Positions 51,348 to 59,712 of a stretch of 64,000 nt of DNA are shown here, in pieces. This DNA is from Candidatus Eiseniibacteriota bacterium (GTDB taxonomy: Bacteria > Eisenbacteria > RBG-16-71-46). Below the pieces are notes generated by a model that saw only the letters and a list, made by a program, of their open reading frames with translations, was not told where the DNA came from and ran no database searches. The DNA is taken from assembly GCA_963707915.1 (NCBI GenBank), contig OY970178.1, positions 2,688,001-2,752,000 on the forward strand, written 5' to 3'. Position 1 is the stretch's first letter. Every line of letters begins with the position of its first letter. A program made the translations under genes and the position numbers.

Positions 51348-54008
51348 ATGCGCGTCTTCGCCGCGGTGCTCCTGTCTGCCCTGACCCTGAACCGGCCGGC
51401 CGCCGCGCAGCCGCCGGAGGGCGTCGGCCCCGTGCGCGCCGTGAGGCTCGCGGCGCCCGTGGTGATCGACGGCCGCCTCGACGAGGCCGCCTGGCAGGCG
51501 CCGCCCTCGGTCACGCGCTTCACGCAGCGCGACCCGGTGGAGGGGGCGGTGCCGCGCGAGAGCACCTGGGTGTGGGTCGCCTACGACGACCGGGCGCTCT
51601 ACGTCGCGGCGCGGATGTGGGACGCGCGGCCGGAGTCGATCGCCGCGCAGCTGGTGCGGCGCGACGTGAGCACGGCCACCGACCGCTTCTTCGTCTACCT
51701 CGACACCTACCACGACGGCCGCAGCGGATACTACTTCGGCGTCAACGCGGCGGGCGTGCTGCTCGACGGCACGCTGTACAACGACAACCAGAGCGACGCC
51801 GCGTGGGACGGCGTGTGGGACGCGCGCGTGCGCAGGGAGACCGGGCCGGGCGGCGGCTGGTGCTGCGAGCTGCGCATCCCGATCTCGCAGATGCGCTCGC
51901 GCGCCGGCGCCGAGCAGGTCTGGGGCATCAACTTCAAGCGCTGCATCACGCGGCTCGCCGAGGTGGACTACCTCGTGCCGCTCCCCAAGAAGGCCAGCGG
52001 CTTCGTCTCGCGCTTCCCCGACCTGGTCGGCTTCGAGCCCGCGCGGCGGGGGCGCAGCGTCGAGCTGCTGCCCTACTCGACCGGCAAGGCCGAGTACCTG
52101 GCGCACGCCCCGGGCGACCCGTTCAACGACGGCTCGCGCTACACGCCGGGCGTCGGCGCCGACCTGCGCGCGGGGGTCGGCAACAACCTGACGCTCAACG
52201 CCACGGTGAACCCCGACTTCGGGCAGGTCGAGGTGGACCCCGCGGTGGTGAACCTCTCGGACGTGGAGTCCTACTTCGAGGAGAAGCGCCCGTTCTTCAC
52301 CGAGAACGCCCGGGTGTTCTCGTTCGGCCAGGAGGGCGCCTCGACCTACTGGAACCTGAACTGGCCCGCGCCGCGCTTCTTCTACACGCGGCGCATCGGC
52401 CGCGCACCGCAGGGCGGCGTGCCCGGCGACTTCCGCGACGTGCCGATGGCGACGCACATCCTCGGCGCCGCGAAGCTCACCGGGAAGCCCGCCGAGGGGC
52501 TCGACTTCGGCACGCTGCAGGCGGTCACCGCGCGCGAGCAGGCGCGCTACCAGGCGGACGGGATCGATTCGCGTGCCACCGTCGAGCCGCTGACCTACTA
52601 CGGCGTGGCGCGCGGGCTCAAGCAGCGAAAGGGCGGCTACAACGGCGTCGGGCTCATGGCCACGCTGGTGCAGCGCAGCTTCGGCGACGACGGGCTGGCC
52701 GCGACGCTCAACCGCCAGTCCCTGTTCGCCGGCCTGGACGGGTGGCACTTCCTGGACCGGAAGAAGCTCTGGGTGCTCTCGGGCTGGGCCGGGATGTCGC
52801 GGGTCGCGGGAACGGAGCAGCGGATGATCGCCCTGCAGCGCAGTTCGCTGCACTACCTGCAGCGGCCCGACGCCCGGCACCTCGGCGTGGACAGCGCGGC
52901 GACCTCGCTGACCGGCTGGGGCACGCGCTGGTGGCTCAACAAGCAGGCGGGCCGCGTCCCGGTCAACGCCTCGTTCGGGATGCTGTCGCCGCGCTTCGAC
53001 GTGAACGACCTGGGCTACATGTCGCAGGCCGACGTCTGGAACGGCCACGTCGGCAGCGGCTACCGCTGGACCGAGCCGAACGGCTGGCGCAAGGACGCCA
53101 GCGTGATCGGCGTCGCCGTCGCGAGCGGGAACCGCGACGGCGACGTGACTTCGCGCGGCCTGTACGTGAACCCCTCGGTCACGCTCGAGAACGACTGGTA
53201 CCTCAGCGTGGAGGCGTTCCCGTTCACGCCGGCGAGCAGCGACCGGCGCACGCGCGGCGGCCCGCTGATGGTCGAACCGGCCAGCGCGTGGGGGCAGTTC
53301 AACATCGACTCCGATCCGAGCCACCGCGTCAACTGGCACCTGATGGCGAACGGCAGCCTGGCGCCCTCGGTGCGGTCGGCCTACTGGTCGATCTACCCGT
53401 CGGTCGAGTGGAAGCCGGCGCCCAACTTCACGCTGAGCCTGGGCCCCGGCCTCGACCGGGCCATCGAGGACGCGCAGTACGTGCCGCTCTACGGCGCCGC
53501 GATCGCGCCCGCGGGCGAGGTACCCGCGGACTTCGGCGGCCGCCGCTACGTCTTCGCGCGCATGGACCAGGTCACGCTCTCGGCGAACCTGCGGCTGGAC
53601 GTGTCGTTCACCCGCAACCTGACGCTGCAGACCTACCTGCAGCCGTTGGTCTCCGAGGGCCGCTACGCCGGCTACAAGGCGCTGGCCCGCGCGAGCTCGT
53701 ACGAGTTCGTGCGCGAGGACGTGGATGCGACCTCGGAGCCCGGCCTGGTGCGGGCGACGCCGGCGGACGGCGGCACGCCGTTCGCGTTCCCGGCGCCCGA
53801 CTTCAACGTGAAGTCGCTGCGCGGGAACGCCGTGCTGCGCTGGGAGTACCGGCCGGGCTCGGTGCTCTACTTCGTCTGGACGCAGACGCGCGAGCGCTAC
53901 GACGAGGCGGTCGGCGACCTGCGCATCGGGCCCTCGATGAGCCGCCTGTTCGACACGCAGGCCGACGACATCTTCCTGGTGAAGGCGACGTACCACCTGA
54001 ACCTGTAG
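51348..54008 (+). CDS. CBM9-like + DUF5916 protein, copy A'
   Basis: Same motifs as copy A including PYSTGKAEYLAH, FGQEGAS.YW, KATYHLNL; signal peptide. Confidence 0.88.
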   Translation: MRVFAAVLLSALTLNRPAAAQPPEGVGPVRAVRLAAPVVIDGRLDEAAWQAPPSVTRFTQRDPVEGAVPRESTWVWVAYDDRALYVAARMWDARPESIAAQLVRRDVSTATDRFFVYLDTYHDGRSGYYFGVNAAGVLLDGTLYNDNQSDAAWDGVWDARVRRETGPGGGWCCELRIPISQMRSRAGAEQVWGINFKRCITRLAEVDYLVPLPKKASGFVSRFPDLVGFEPARRGRSVELLPYSTGKAEYLAHAPGDPFNDGSRYTPGVGADLRAGVGNNLTLNATVNPDFGQVEVDPAVVNLSDVESYFEEKRPFFTENARVFSFGQEGASTYWNLNWPAPRFFYTRRIGRAPQGGVPGDFRDVPMATHILGAAKLTGKPAEGLDFGTLQAVTAREQARYQADGIDSRATVEPLTYYGVARGLKQRKGGYNGVGLMATLVQRSFGDDGLAATLNRQSLFAGLDGWHFLDRKKLWVLSGWAGMSRVAGTEQRMIALQRSSLHYLQRPDARHLGVDSAATSLTGWGTRWWLNKQAGRVPVNASFGMLSPRFDVNDLGYMSQADVWNGHVGSGYRWTEPNGWRKDASVIGVAVASGNRDGDVTSRGLYVNPSVTLENDWYLSVEAFPFTPASSDRRTRGGPLMVEPASAWGQFNIDSDPSHRVNWHLMANGSLAPSVRSAYWSIYPSVEWKPAPNFTLSLGPGLDRAIEDAQYVPLYGAAIAPAGEVPADFGGRRYVFARMDQVTLSANLRLDVSFTRNLTLQTYLQPLVSEGRYAGYKALARASSYEFVREDVDATSEPGLVRATPADGGTPFAFPAPDFNVKSLRGNAVLRWEYRPGSVLYFVWTQTRERYDEAVGDLRIGPSMSRLFDTQADDIFLVKATYHLNL

Positions 54009-54289
54009 CCCGACCGGCCCGCGGGCGACGTGGTGAGGGCCGCGCGTCCCGGGCACCGGAAGGGCGGCAGGCGGCGGGCCCGGCGCGCAGCATGCGCCGG
54101 ACCCGTCGCCGGATGGCCCCGTTCGTCGCCCCTTCGCCCTCGCTGGTCCGCCTCTGGCGCGGGACCGTGCCGGCGCTGAAACCCCGGACCGCCTCCGGCC
54201 GTCACACCCGGTGAGGCCATCGCAGGCTCGCACGCGGTCGCGTGCCCGCCCGCAAGTCGAAGTCGTCCCAGCCGACCCGGGAGCCCACG

Positions 54290-56977
54290 ATGAGGAACAC
54301 CCTTCCCACCATGCTGCTGTTGGTGCTGTCCGCCGGTGTCGCGCTCGCGGCCGGCCCCGCCCGGGCCGCCGGGGCCCCGGCCGGTCCGGGCGATTCGCTG
54401 CCGCCGGTGCGCGCCGCGAGGCTGGCCTCGCCGGTCGTGGTGGACGGCGCGCTGGACGACCCTGCCTGGCAGGGGCCCCCGTGCATCACGCGGCTGATCC
54501 AGTTGCAGCCCTACGAGGGCGCGGCCGCCACCGAGAGCACCCGGGTGTGGATCGCCTACGACGACCAGGCCCTCTACGTGGCGGCGCGCATGTGGGACTC
54601 GCACCCCGACTCGATCATCGCCCCGTACTTCCGCCGCGACGACTTCGTCCCCTCCGACTTCGCCGGGGTGATCCTCGACCCGTTCCACGACCACCGCACG
54701 GGCTACGAGTTCGTCGTCACCCCTTCGGGCGCGATCATGGACGCCACCACGGCGAACGACGGCGAGGAGGACGCGTCCTGGGACGGGGTGTGGGAGGGAC
54801 GCGCGCAACGCGACGCGCAGGGATGGACCTGCGAGATGCGGATCCCGTTCTCGCAGCTGCGCTTCGCGCCGGGCGATCGGCAGGTGTGGGGCGTGAATTT
54901 CGGCCGCAACGTGGCGCGCCGCGCCGAGAAGTCCTTCGTCGCGATCAAGCCGAAGGCCGAGAGCGGGTTCCAGCCGCGATTCCCGCACCTCGTGGGCATC
55001 GAGGGCGTGCGGAGCGGACGCACCGTCGAACTGTCGCCCTACGTGACGGGCAAGGCCGAGTACCTGGTCCGGCCCGCGGGCGACCCGTTCAACGATGGCT
55101 CGCGCTACACGCCGACGGTGGGCGGAGACCTGCGCACCAGCCTGGGGAGCAACCTCACGCTCAACGCCACCGTGAACCCCGATTTCGGCCAGGTCGAGGT
55201 GGACCCGGCGGTGGTGAACCTCTCGGACGTCGAGTCCTTCTACCAGGAGAAGCGTCCGTTCTTCACCGAGAACGCGCGGGTCTTCTCCTTCGGCCGGGAC
55301 GGGCCCAACGACTCCTGGGGCATGAACTGGCCGGCGCCCACGCTCTTCTACAGCCGTCGCATCGGTCGCGCGCCGCAGGGCGGCGTGCCGCCGTCGAACG
55401 ATGCGGACGCCACGGTGTTCGCGGATGTCCCGATGGCCACGCACATCCTCGGGGCGGCGAAGCTCACCGGCCGCCCCGCGCCCGGCTGGAACTTCGGCAC
55501 CCTGCAGGCGCTGACCTCGCGCGAGCGGGCGAGGGTCTGGACGGACGGGATCGAGTCGCGGAGCGAGATCGAGCCGTTCACCTGGTACGGCCTGGTGCGC
55601 GGGCAGCGGGAGTTCAAGGAGGGGCGCAACGGGCTCGGCCTGCTGGGCACGCTGACGCAGCGCCGCTTCGGTGACGGCGGGCTCCTCGAGGACGAACTGA
55701 ACCGGCAGTCGCTGGTGGCGGGCGTGGACGGCTGGCACTTCGTCGATCGGAAGAAGGTCTGGATCGTCTCGGGCTGGACGGCGATGTCGCGGGTCGCGGG
55801 GACCGAAGCGCGGATGGAGGCCCTGCAGAGGAACTCGCGCCACTACTTCCAGCGCCCCGACGCCGGCTACCTGGGTGTGCGGAGCGTGACCTCGCTCACC
55901 GGCTTCGCCGGGCGGCTCGCGCTCAACAAGCAGGAGGGCAACGTCGCGTTCAACTCGGCTGTCGGGATGCTGGACCCGCGGTTCGAGGTCAGCGACCTCG
56001 GCTACCAGTACTACGCCGACGTGATCAACGCCCACGTGATGTCGGGATACAAGTGGACGAAGGCCAACCGCTGGCAGACCGAGAGCCGGCTCGCGGGCTA
56101 CGTCGCCGGCAACTGGGACCTCGGCGGCGAGCAGGTCTGGTCCGAGGTCGGGGCGCTGGGACACGTCACCTTCACCAGCAACCACACGGCCGACGCCGAG
56201 GTCGACTGGTTCCCGGAGGCGACGGCGAACCGCCAGACCCGCGGCGGTCCGCGCATGCTGCGCCCGGCCAGCGGCGCCGCGAGCCTGCACTACGATACCG
56301 ACGAGAACCGCCGCCTGTTCAGCTGCACCAACCTCTACGCCGAAGGCACTCCGGGCACGGGGACCTTCGACTGGTCGGTGACTCCCACGCTGACCTGGAA
56401 GCCCTCGTCACGGCTCTACCTGAGCTTCGGGCCATCGTTCGAGCGCAATGTCGCCGACGCGCAGTTCGTCACCTCGGTCGGCGCGCCGGGCGAGGTGCCG
56501 GCCGACTTCGGCGACCGGCGCTACGTGTTCGCCTGCCTCGATCAGACCACGGTCGCGGCCAGCATCCGGCTCAACGTCACGCTCACGCCGGACCTCTCGC
56601 TGCAGACCTACGTCCAGCCGTTCATCTCGGCGGGGCGCTACTCGGACTTCAAGGAACTGGCGCGCGCCGGCACGTACGAATTCGTCCACTACGGGCAGGC
56701 CCCGGGCACGTCGTACGCGGACGGCGAGGTGGCCCCGCTGGGCGGCACGCCCTTCGCGCTCGGCGATCCGTCGTTCAACTTCAAGTCCCTGCGCGGGAAC
56801 GCGGTGCTGCGCTGGGAGTACCGGCCGGGCTCGGTGCTCTACCTGGTCTGGACGCAGCAGAGGACGGACGAGGAGGCGCTCGGCGACCTGCGCTTCGGCC
56901 CCTCGACGCGCCGGCTGCTCGACGTCCGGGCCGACGACATCTTCCTGGTGAAGGCGACGTACTACCTGGCGCTCTGA
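54290..56977 (+). CDS. CBM9-like + DUF5916 protein, copy B'
   Basis: Same motifs as copy B including ELSPYVTGK; ends KATYYLAL; signal peptide. Confidence 0.88.
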   Translation: MRNTLPTMLLLVLSAGVALAAGPARAAGAPAGPGDSLPPVRAARLASPVVVDGALDDPAWQGPPCITRLIQLQPYEGAAATESTRVWIAYDDQALYVAARMWDSHPDSIIAPYFRRDDFVPSDFAGVILDPFHDHRTGYEFVVTPSGAIMDATTANDGEEDASWDGVWEGRAQRDAQGWTCEMRIPFSQLRFAPGDRQVWGVNFGRNVARRAEKSFVAIKPKAESGFQPRFPHLVGIEGVRSGRTVELSPYVTGKAEYLVRPAGDPFNDGSRYTPTVGGDLRTSLGSNLTLNATVNPDFGQVEVDPAVVNLSDVESFYQEKRPFFTENARVFSFGRDGPNDSWGMNWPAPTLFYSRRIGRAPQGGVPPSNDADATVFADVPMATHILGAAKLTGRPAPGWNFGTLQALTSRERARVWTDGIESRSEIEPFTWYGLVRGQREFKEGRNGLGLLGTLTQRRFGDGGLLEDELNRQSLVAGVDGWHFVDRKKVWIVSGWTAMSRVAGTEARMEALQRNSRHYFQRPDAGYLGVRSVTSLTGFAGRLALNKQEGNVAFNSAVGMLDPRFEVSDLGYQYYADVINAHVMSGYKWTKANRWQTESRLAGYVAGNWDLGGEQVWSEVGALGHVTFTSNHTADAEVDWFPEATANRQTRGGPRMLRPASGAASLHYDTDENRRLFSCTNLYAEGTPGTGTFDWSVTPTLTWKPSSRLYLSFGPSFERNVADAQFVTSVGAPGEVPADFGDRRYVFACLDQTTVAASIRLNVTLTPDLSLQTYVQPFISAGRYSDFKELARAGTYEFVHYGQAPGTSYADGEVAPLGGTPFALGDPSFNFKSLRGNAVLRWEYRPGSVLYLVWTQQRTDEEALGDLRFGPSTRRLLDVRADDIFLVKATYYLAL

Positions 56978-56982
56978 CGGCC

Positions 56983-57012
56983 TCGACCTCCCGCGGCGGG
57001 CGTGGGTATACT
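56983..57012 (+). promoter_or_regulatory. Putative sigma70 promoter of mqnE
   Basis: TCGACC-18 bp-TATACT, 28 bp before the ATG. Confidence 0.4.
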
Positions 57013-57040
57013 CCGCGCCCGCCGCACCCACGGAGGTCCC

Positions 57041-58228
57041 ATGCAGTCCCGAGACCATTCCCACCTCGCCGCCGTCCGGACCCGCGACCCGGCCGTGGCC
57101 GCCGCCCAGCGCACGCTGCTCGAGGGCGGCAGGCTCGGCCAGGAGGACGGACTGCGCCTGTTCGAGGCGCCCGTGCTCGAGCTGGGGCGCCTGGCCGACG
57201 CCTACGCGCGCGACCTGCACGGCGAGCGCGTCACCTTCACCGTCAACCGGCAGCTCAACCCGACCAACGTCTGCGTGCTCGCCTGCCGCTTCTGCGACTA
57301 CGCGAAGAAGCCCGGCGCCCCCGGCGCCTACACCATGACGAAGGAGCAGATCCTCGCCCACCTCGATCCCGGGATCACCGAGCTGCACGTCACCGGGGGC
57401 CTGCACGACAAGTGGCGCTTCGAGGACTACGTGAACGTCGTCCGCTGGGTGAAGGAGGCGCGGCCCGACGTGCAGGTGAAGGCCTGGACCGCGGTCGAGA
57501 TCGACTTCTTCTGCCGGCTCACCCGGCAGCCGGTCGGGTGGGTGCTCGAGCGGCTGCGCGAGGCGGGGCTCGACGCGCTGCCGGGCGGCGGCGCCGAGGT
57601 GTTCAGCGAGCGCGTGCGCCGGGAGCTGTTCCGCCAGAAGATCGGCGGCCAGCGCTGGCTCGAGATCCACGAGACCGCGCATCGCATGGGCATCCCCTCC
57701 AACGCGACGCTGTTGTACGGGCACATCGAGACGCTCGCCGAGCGGGTGCAGCACCTGGTCCTGCTGCGCGAGCTCGAGGACCGCGCGCCCGGCTTCCTCG
57801 CCTTCATCCCGCTGGCGTTCCAGCCCGGGGTGACGGGCCTGGTGCGGCGGCAGGCCTCGGCCATCGACGACCTCAGGACGATCGCGGTCTCGCGGCTGGT
57901 GTTCGACAACGTTCCGCACGTCAAGAGCTACTGGGTCATGCTGGGTCACGATACCGCGAGCGTGGCGCTCAACTTCGGCGCCAGCGACCTGGACGGCACC
58001 ATCGGCGTCGAGCGGATCGCCCACGCCGCGCAGGCGCGCGGACCGGTGGGGCTGGCCGAGGAATCCATGGTGCAGGCCATCCGCGAGGCCGGGAAGCTCC
58101 CGGTGCAGCGCGACGCGCTCTACCACGTGGTGCGCGAGTACGGACCCGGCAGCGGCGCGGGCGCGCTGGCGGGGCGCACGTTCGAGCGGGCCGCGGGCGG
58201 TGCCGCGTCCGGAGGCCCCGCGCGATGA
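57041..58228 (+). CDS. mqnE: Aminofutalosine synthase MqnE (radical SAM)
   Basis: NPTNVCVLACRFC (CxxxCxxC), KAWTAVEI, LPGGGAEVF, NATLLYGHIE, HVKSYWVMLG, FGASDLDGTI, QRDALY; GGAGG RBS. Confidence 0.85.
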   Translation: MQSRDHSHLAAVRTRDPAVAAAQRTLLEGGRLGQEDGLRLFEAPVLELGRLADAYARDLHGERVTFTVNRQLNPTNVCVLACRFCDYAKKPGAPGAYTMTKEQILAHLDPGITELHVTGGLHDKWRFEDYVNVVRWVKEARPDVQVKAWTAVEIDFFCRLTRQPVGWVLERLREAGLDALPGGGAEVFSERVRRELFRQKIGGQRWLEIHETAHRMGIPSNATLLYGHIETLAERVQHLVLLRELEDRAPGFLAFIPLAFQPGVTGLVRRQASAIDDLRTIAVSRLVFDNVPHVKSYWVMLGHDTASVALNFGASDLDGTIGVERIAHAAQARGPVGLAEESMVQAIREAGKLPVQRDALYHVVREYGPGSGAGALAGRTFERAAGGAASGGPAR

Positions 58229-58611
58229 CGCACCGCCACCACGGCGCCGCCTTCCTGGCGCTGGTCGAGGAGGCGCGCCCGCGCGTGAGGGAGATCGGCA
58301 TCGCGGAGTACGGCGAGCGGCTCATGCGGCGCGAGCGGCACGTGCTGATCGACGTGCGGGAGGACCACGAGTGGGCGGCCGGTCGCCTGCCCGGGGCGAT
58401 GCACCTGGGCCGGGGCATCATCGAGCGCGACATCGAGTCGCATTTCGCCGACCGCAGCACGCCCATCGTGTGCTACTGCGGCGGCGGGTACCGCAGTGTC
58501 CTGGCCTGCGACAGCCTGCAGAAGATGGGCTACCGGAACACCGTCTCGCTCGCGGGCGGCTACCGCGGCTGGCAGGAAGCCGGGCTGCCCGTGGAGACCG
58601 ACGGGGAATAG
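58225..58611 (+). CDS. Rhodanese-like sulfurtransferase
   Basis: LIDVREDHEW..G.LPGA.HLGRGIIE, YCGGGYRS, SLAGG..GW; ATGA overlap with mqnE. Confidence 0.9.
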   Translation: MTHRHHGAAFLALVEEARPRVREIGIAEYGERLMRRERHVLIDVREDHEWAAGRLPGAMHLGRGIIERDIESHFADRSTPIVCYCGGGYRSVLACDSLQKMGYRNTVSLAGGYRGWQEAGLPVETDGE

Positions 58612-58783
58612 GCGGCCGTGGTCGCGGCCGGGCCACCCGCCGCGCCGCCCGCCGGGTCCGCTCCTGGCGAGGAACGCCGCTCCCCCGGTTCGCGCGCTCC
58701 GGCCCCCATCGACCTGCATCCGAAGGAGCATCGTCCGGGCGGTCCTCACCCGGACCCTGCACACGGAGAGGAGCACGACGACC

Positions 58784-59182
58784 ATGGCAGAGAACCCGGC
58801 GGCACCCTGGATCAGCACCTTCGTCTGGAACGAACTCGGGACCCGCGACATCGCCGCGGCGAAGTCGCTGCTCGCCGCGCTGCTCGGCTGGAAGGCCGAG
58901 GACGTGAACGCGGGACCGGAAGGCTCGTACACGATCTTCAAGTCGGGGGACAAGCGGGTGGCGGGTGGCTGGGAGATGAAGGGCGACAGGCACCAGGGCC
59001 TGCCCACGCACTGGATGGGCTACGTGGGCGTGCAGAGCGCCGACGCGACCGTGAAGTCCGCCGAACGGCTCGGCATGACGGTCAAGGTGCCGGCCACCGA
59101 CATCCCCGACGTCGGGCGCTTCGCGGTGCTCGATCATCCCGCGACGGGGACCATCGCCATCCTCGAGCCGAGGCCCATGTAG
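58784..59182 (+). CDS. VOC/glyoxalase family protein
   Basis: FVWNELGTRD..AAK..L.GW, HWMGYVGV..AD, TDIPDVGRFAVLDHP. Confidence 0.88.
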   Translation: MAENPAAPWISTFVWNELGTRDIAAAKSLLAALLGWKAEDVNAGPEGSYTIFKSGDKRVAGGWEMKGDRHQGLPTHWMGYVGVQSADATVKSAERLGMTVKVPATDIPDVGRFAVLDHPATGTIAILEPRPM

Positions 59183-59712
59183 TCCCGGCCGGCGCGGCGC
59201 CCCGATCCGTTCGCGGCGCGACCGTGCCGAATGCACGTCCGGCAGACGGGAGCGGCTTCGAAGCTCGGCGGTTCCCGCGCTGAGGGAACTGCCCCACGCG
59301 ATGTCGGATCCGCCTCGATCGGCCGCCGGCCAGCGCGTCCCGCCTCGACCGGCCGCCCGGTCGCGCGGGTCGGCTTCGGCCGGCGGGCCCGACGGGGCAT
59401 TCGATCGGCGCGACGGCCCGGATTCGCGCCGCTCCTCCCTGCTGCTCCGCGTGGAGGACCGCGCCCGCGCCGGGGGCCGCGGGAGCTGCGATGGGTGGGA
59501 CGGCTCGCCCACGGGGCCAAATCGCTCATGCCCCGGGACGCCTCCTGAGTCCGCCTCGATTGCAGAATGGAGGCCCGTGTCGGGACGGCGGGGGCCGGGA
59601 ACCGGGTGAGTCGCGAGCCTCGATGGTAGCATCAGAAGTGCATCAGGCCACTGCGTTCGGGTCGTACTCCCTGGCCGCGAACTCATCCGAGAGTCCGCAA
59701 GCGAGGCCGCAA

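Noticed and set aside
54252..54278. Third sigma28-like motif GCAAG-N14-GCCGACCC before DUF5916 copy B'
   Set aside because: Weaker match, and so close to the ATG that transcription would start past the RBS.
59268..59310. Cobalamin-riboswitch-like GGTTCCC...AGGGAA hairpin
   Set aside because: The downstream CCGGTG-AA-TCCGG and B12-box elements are absent.
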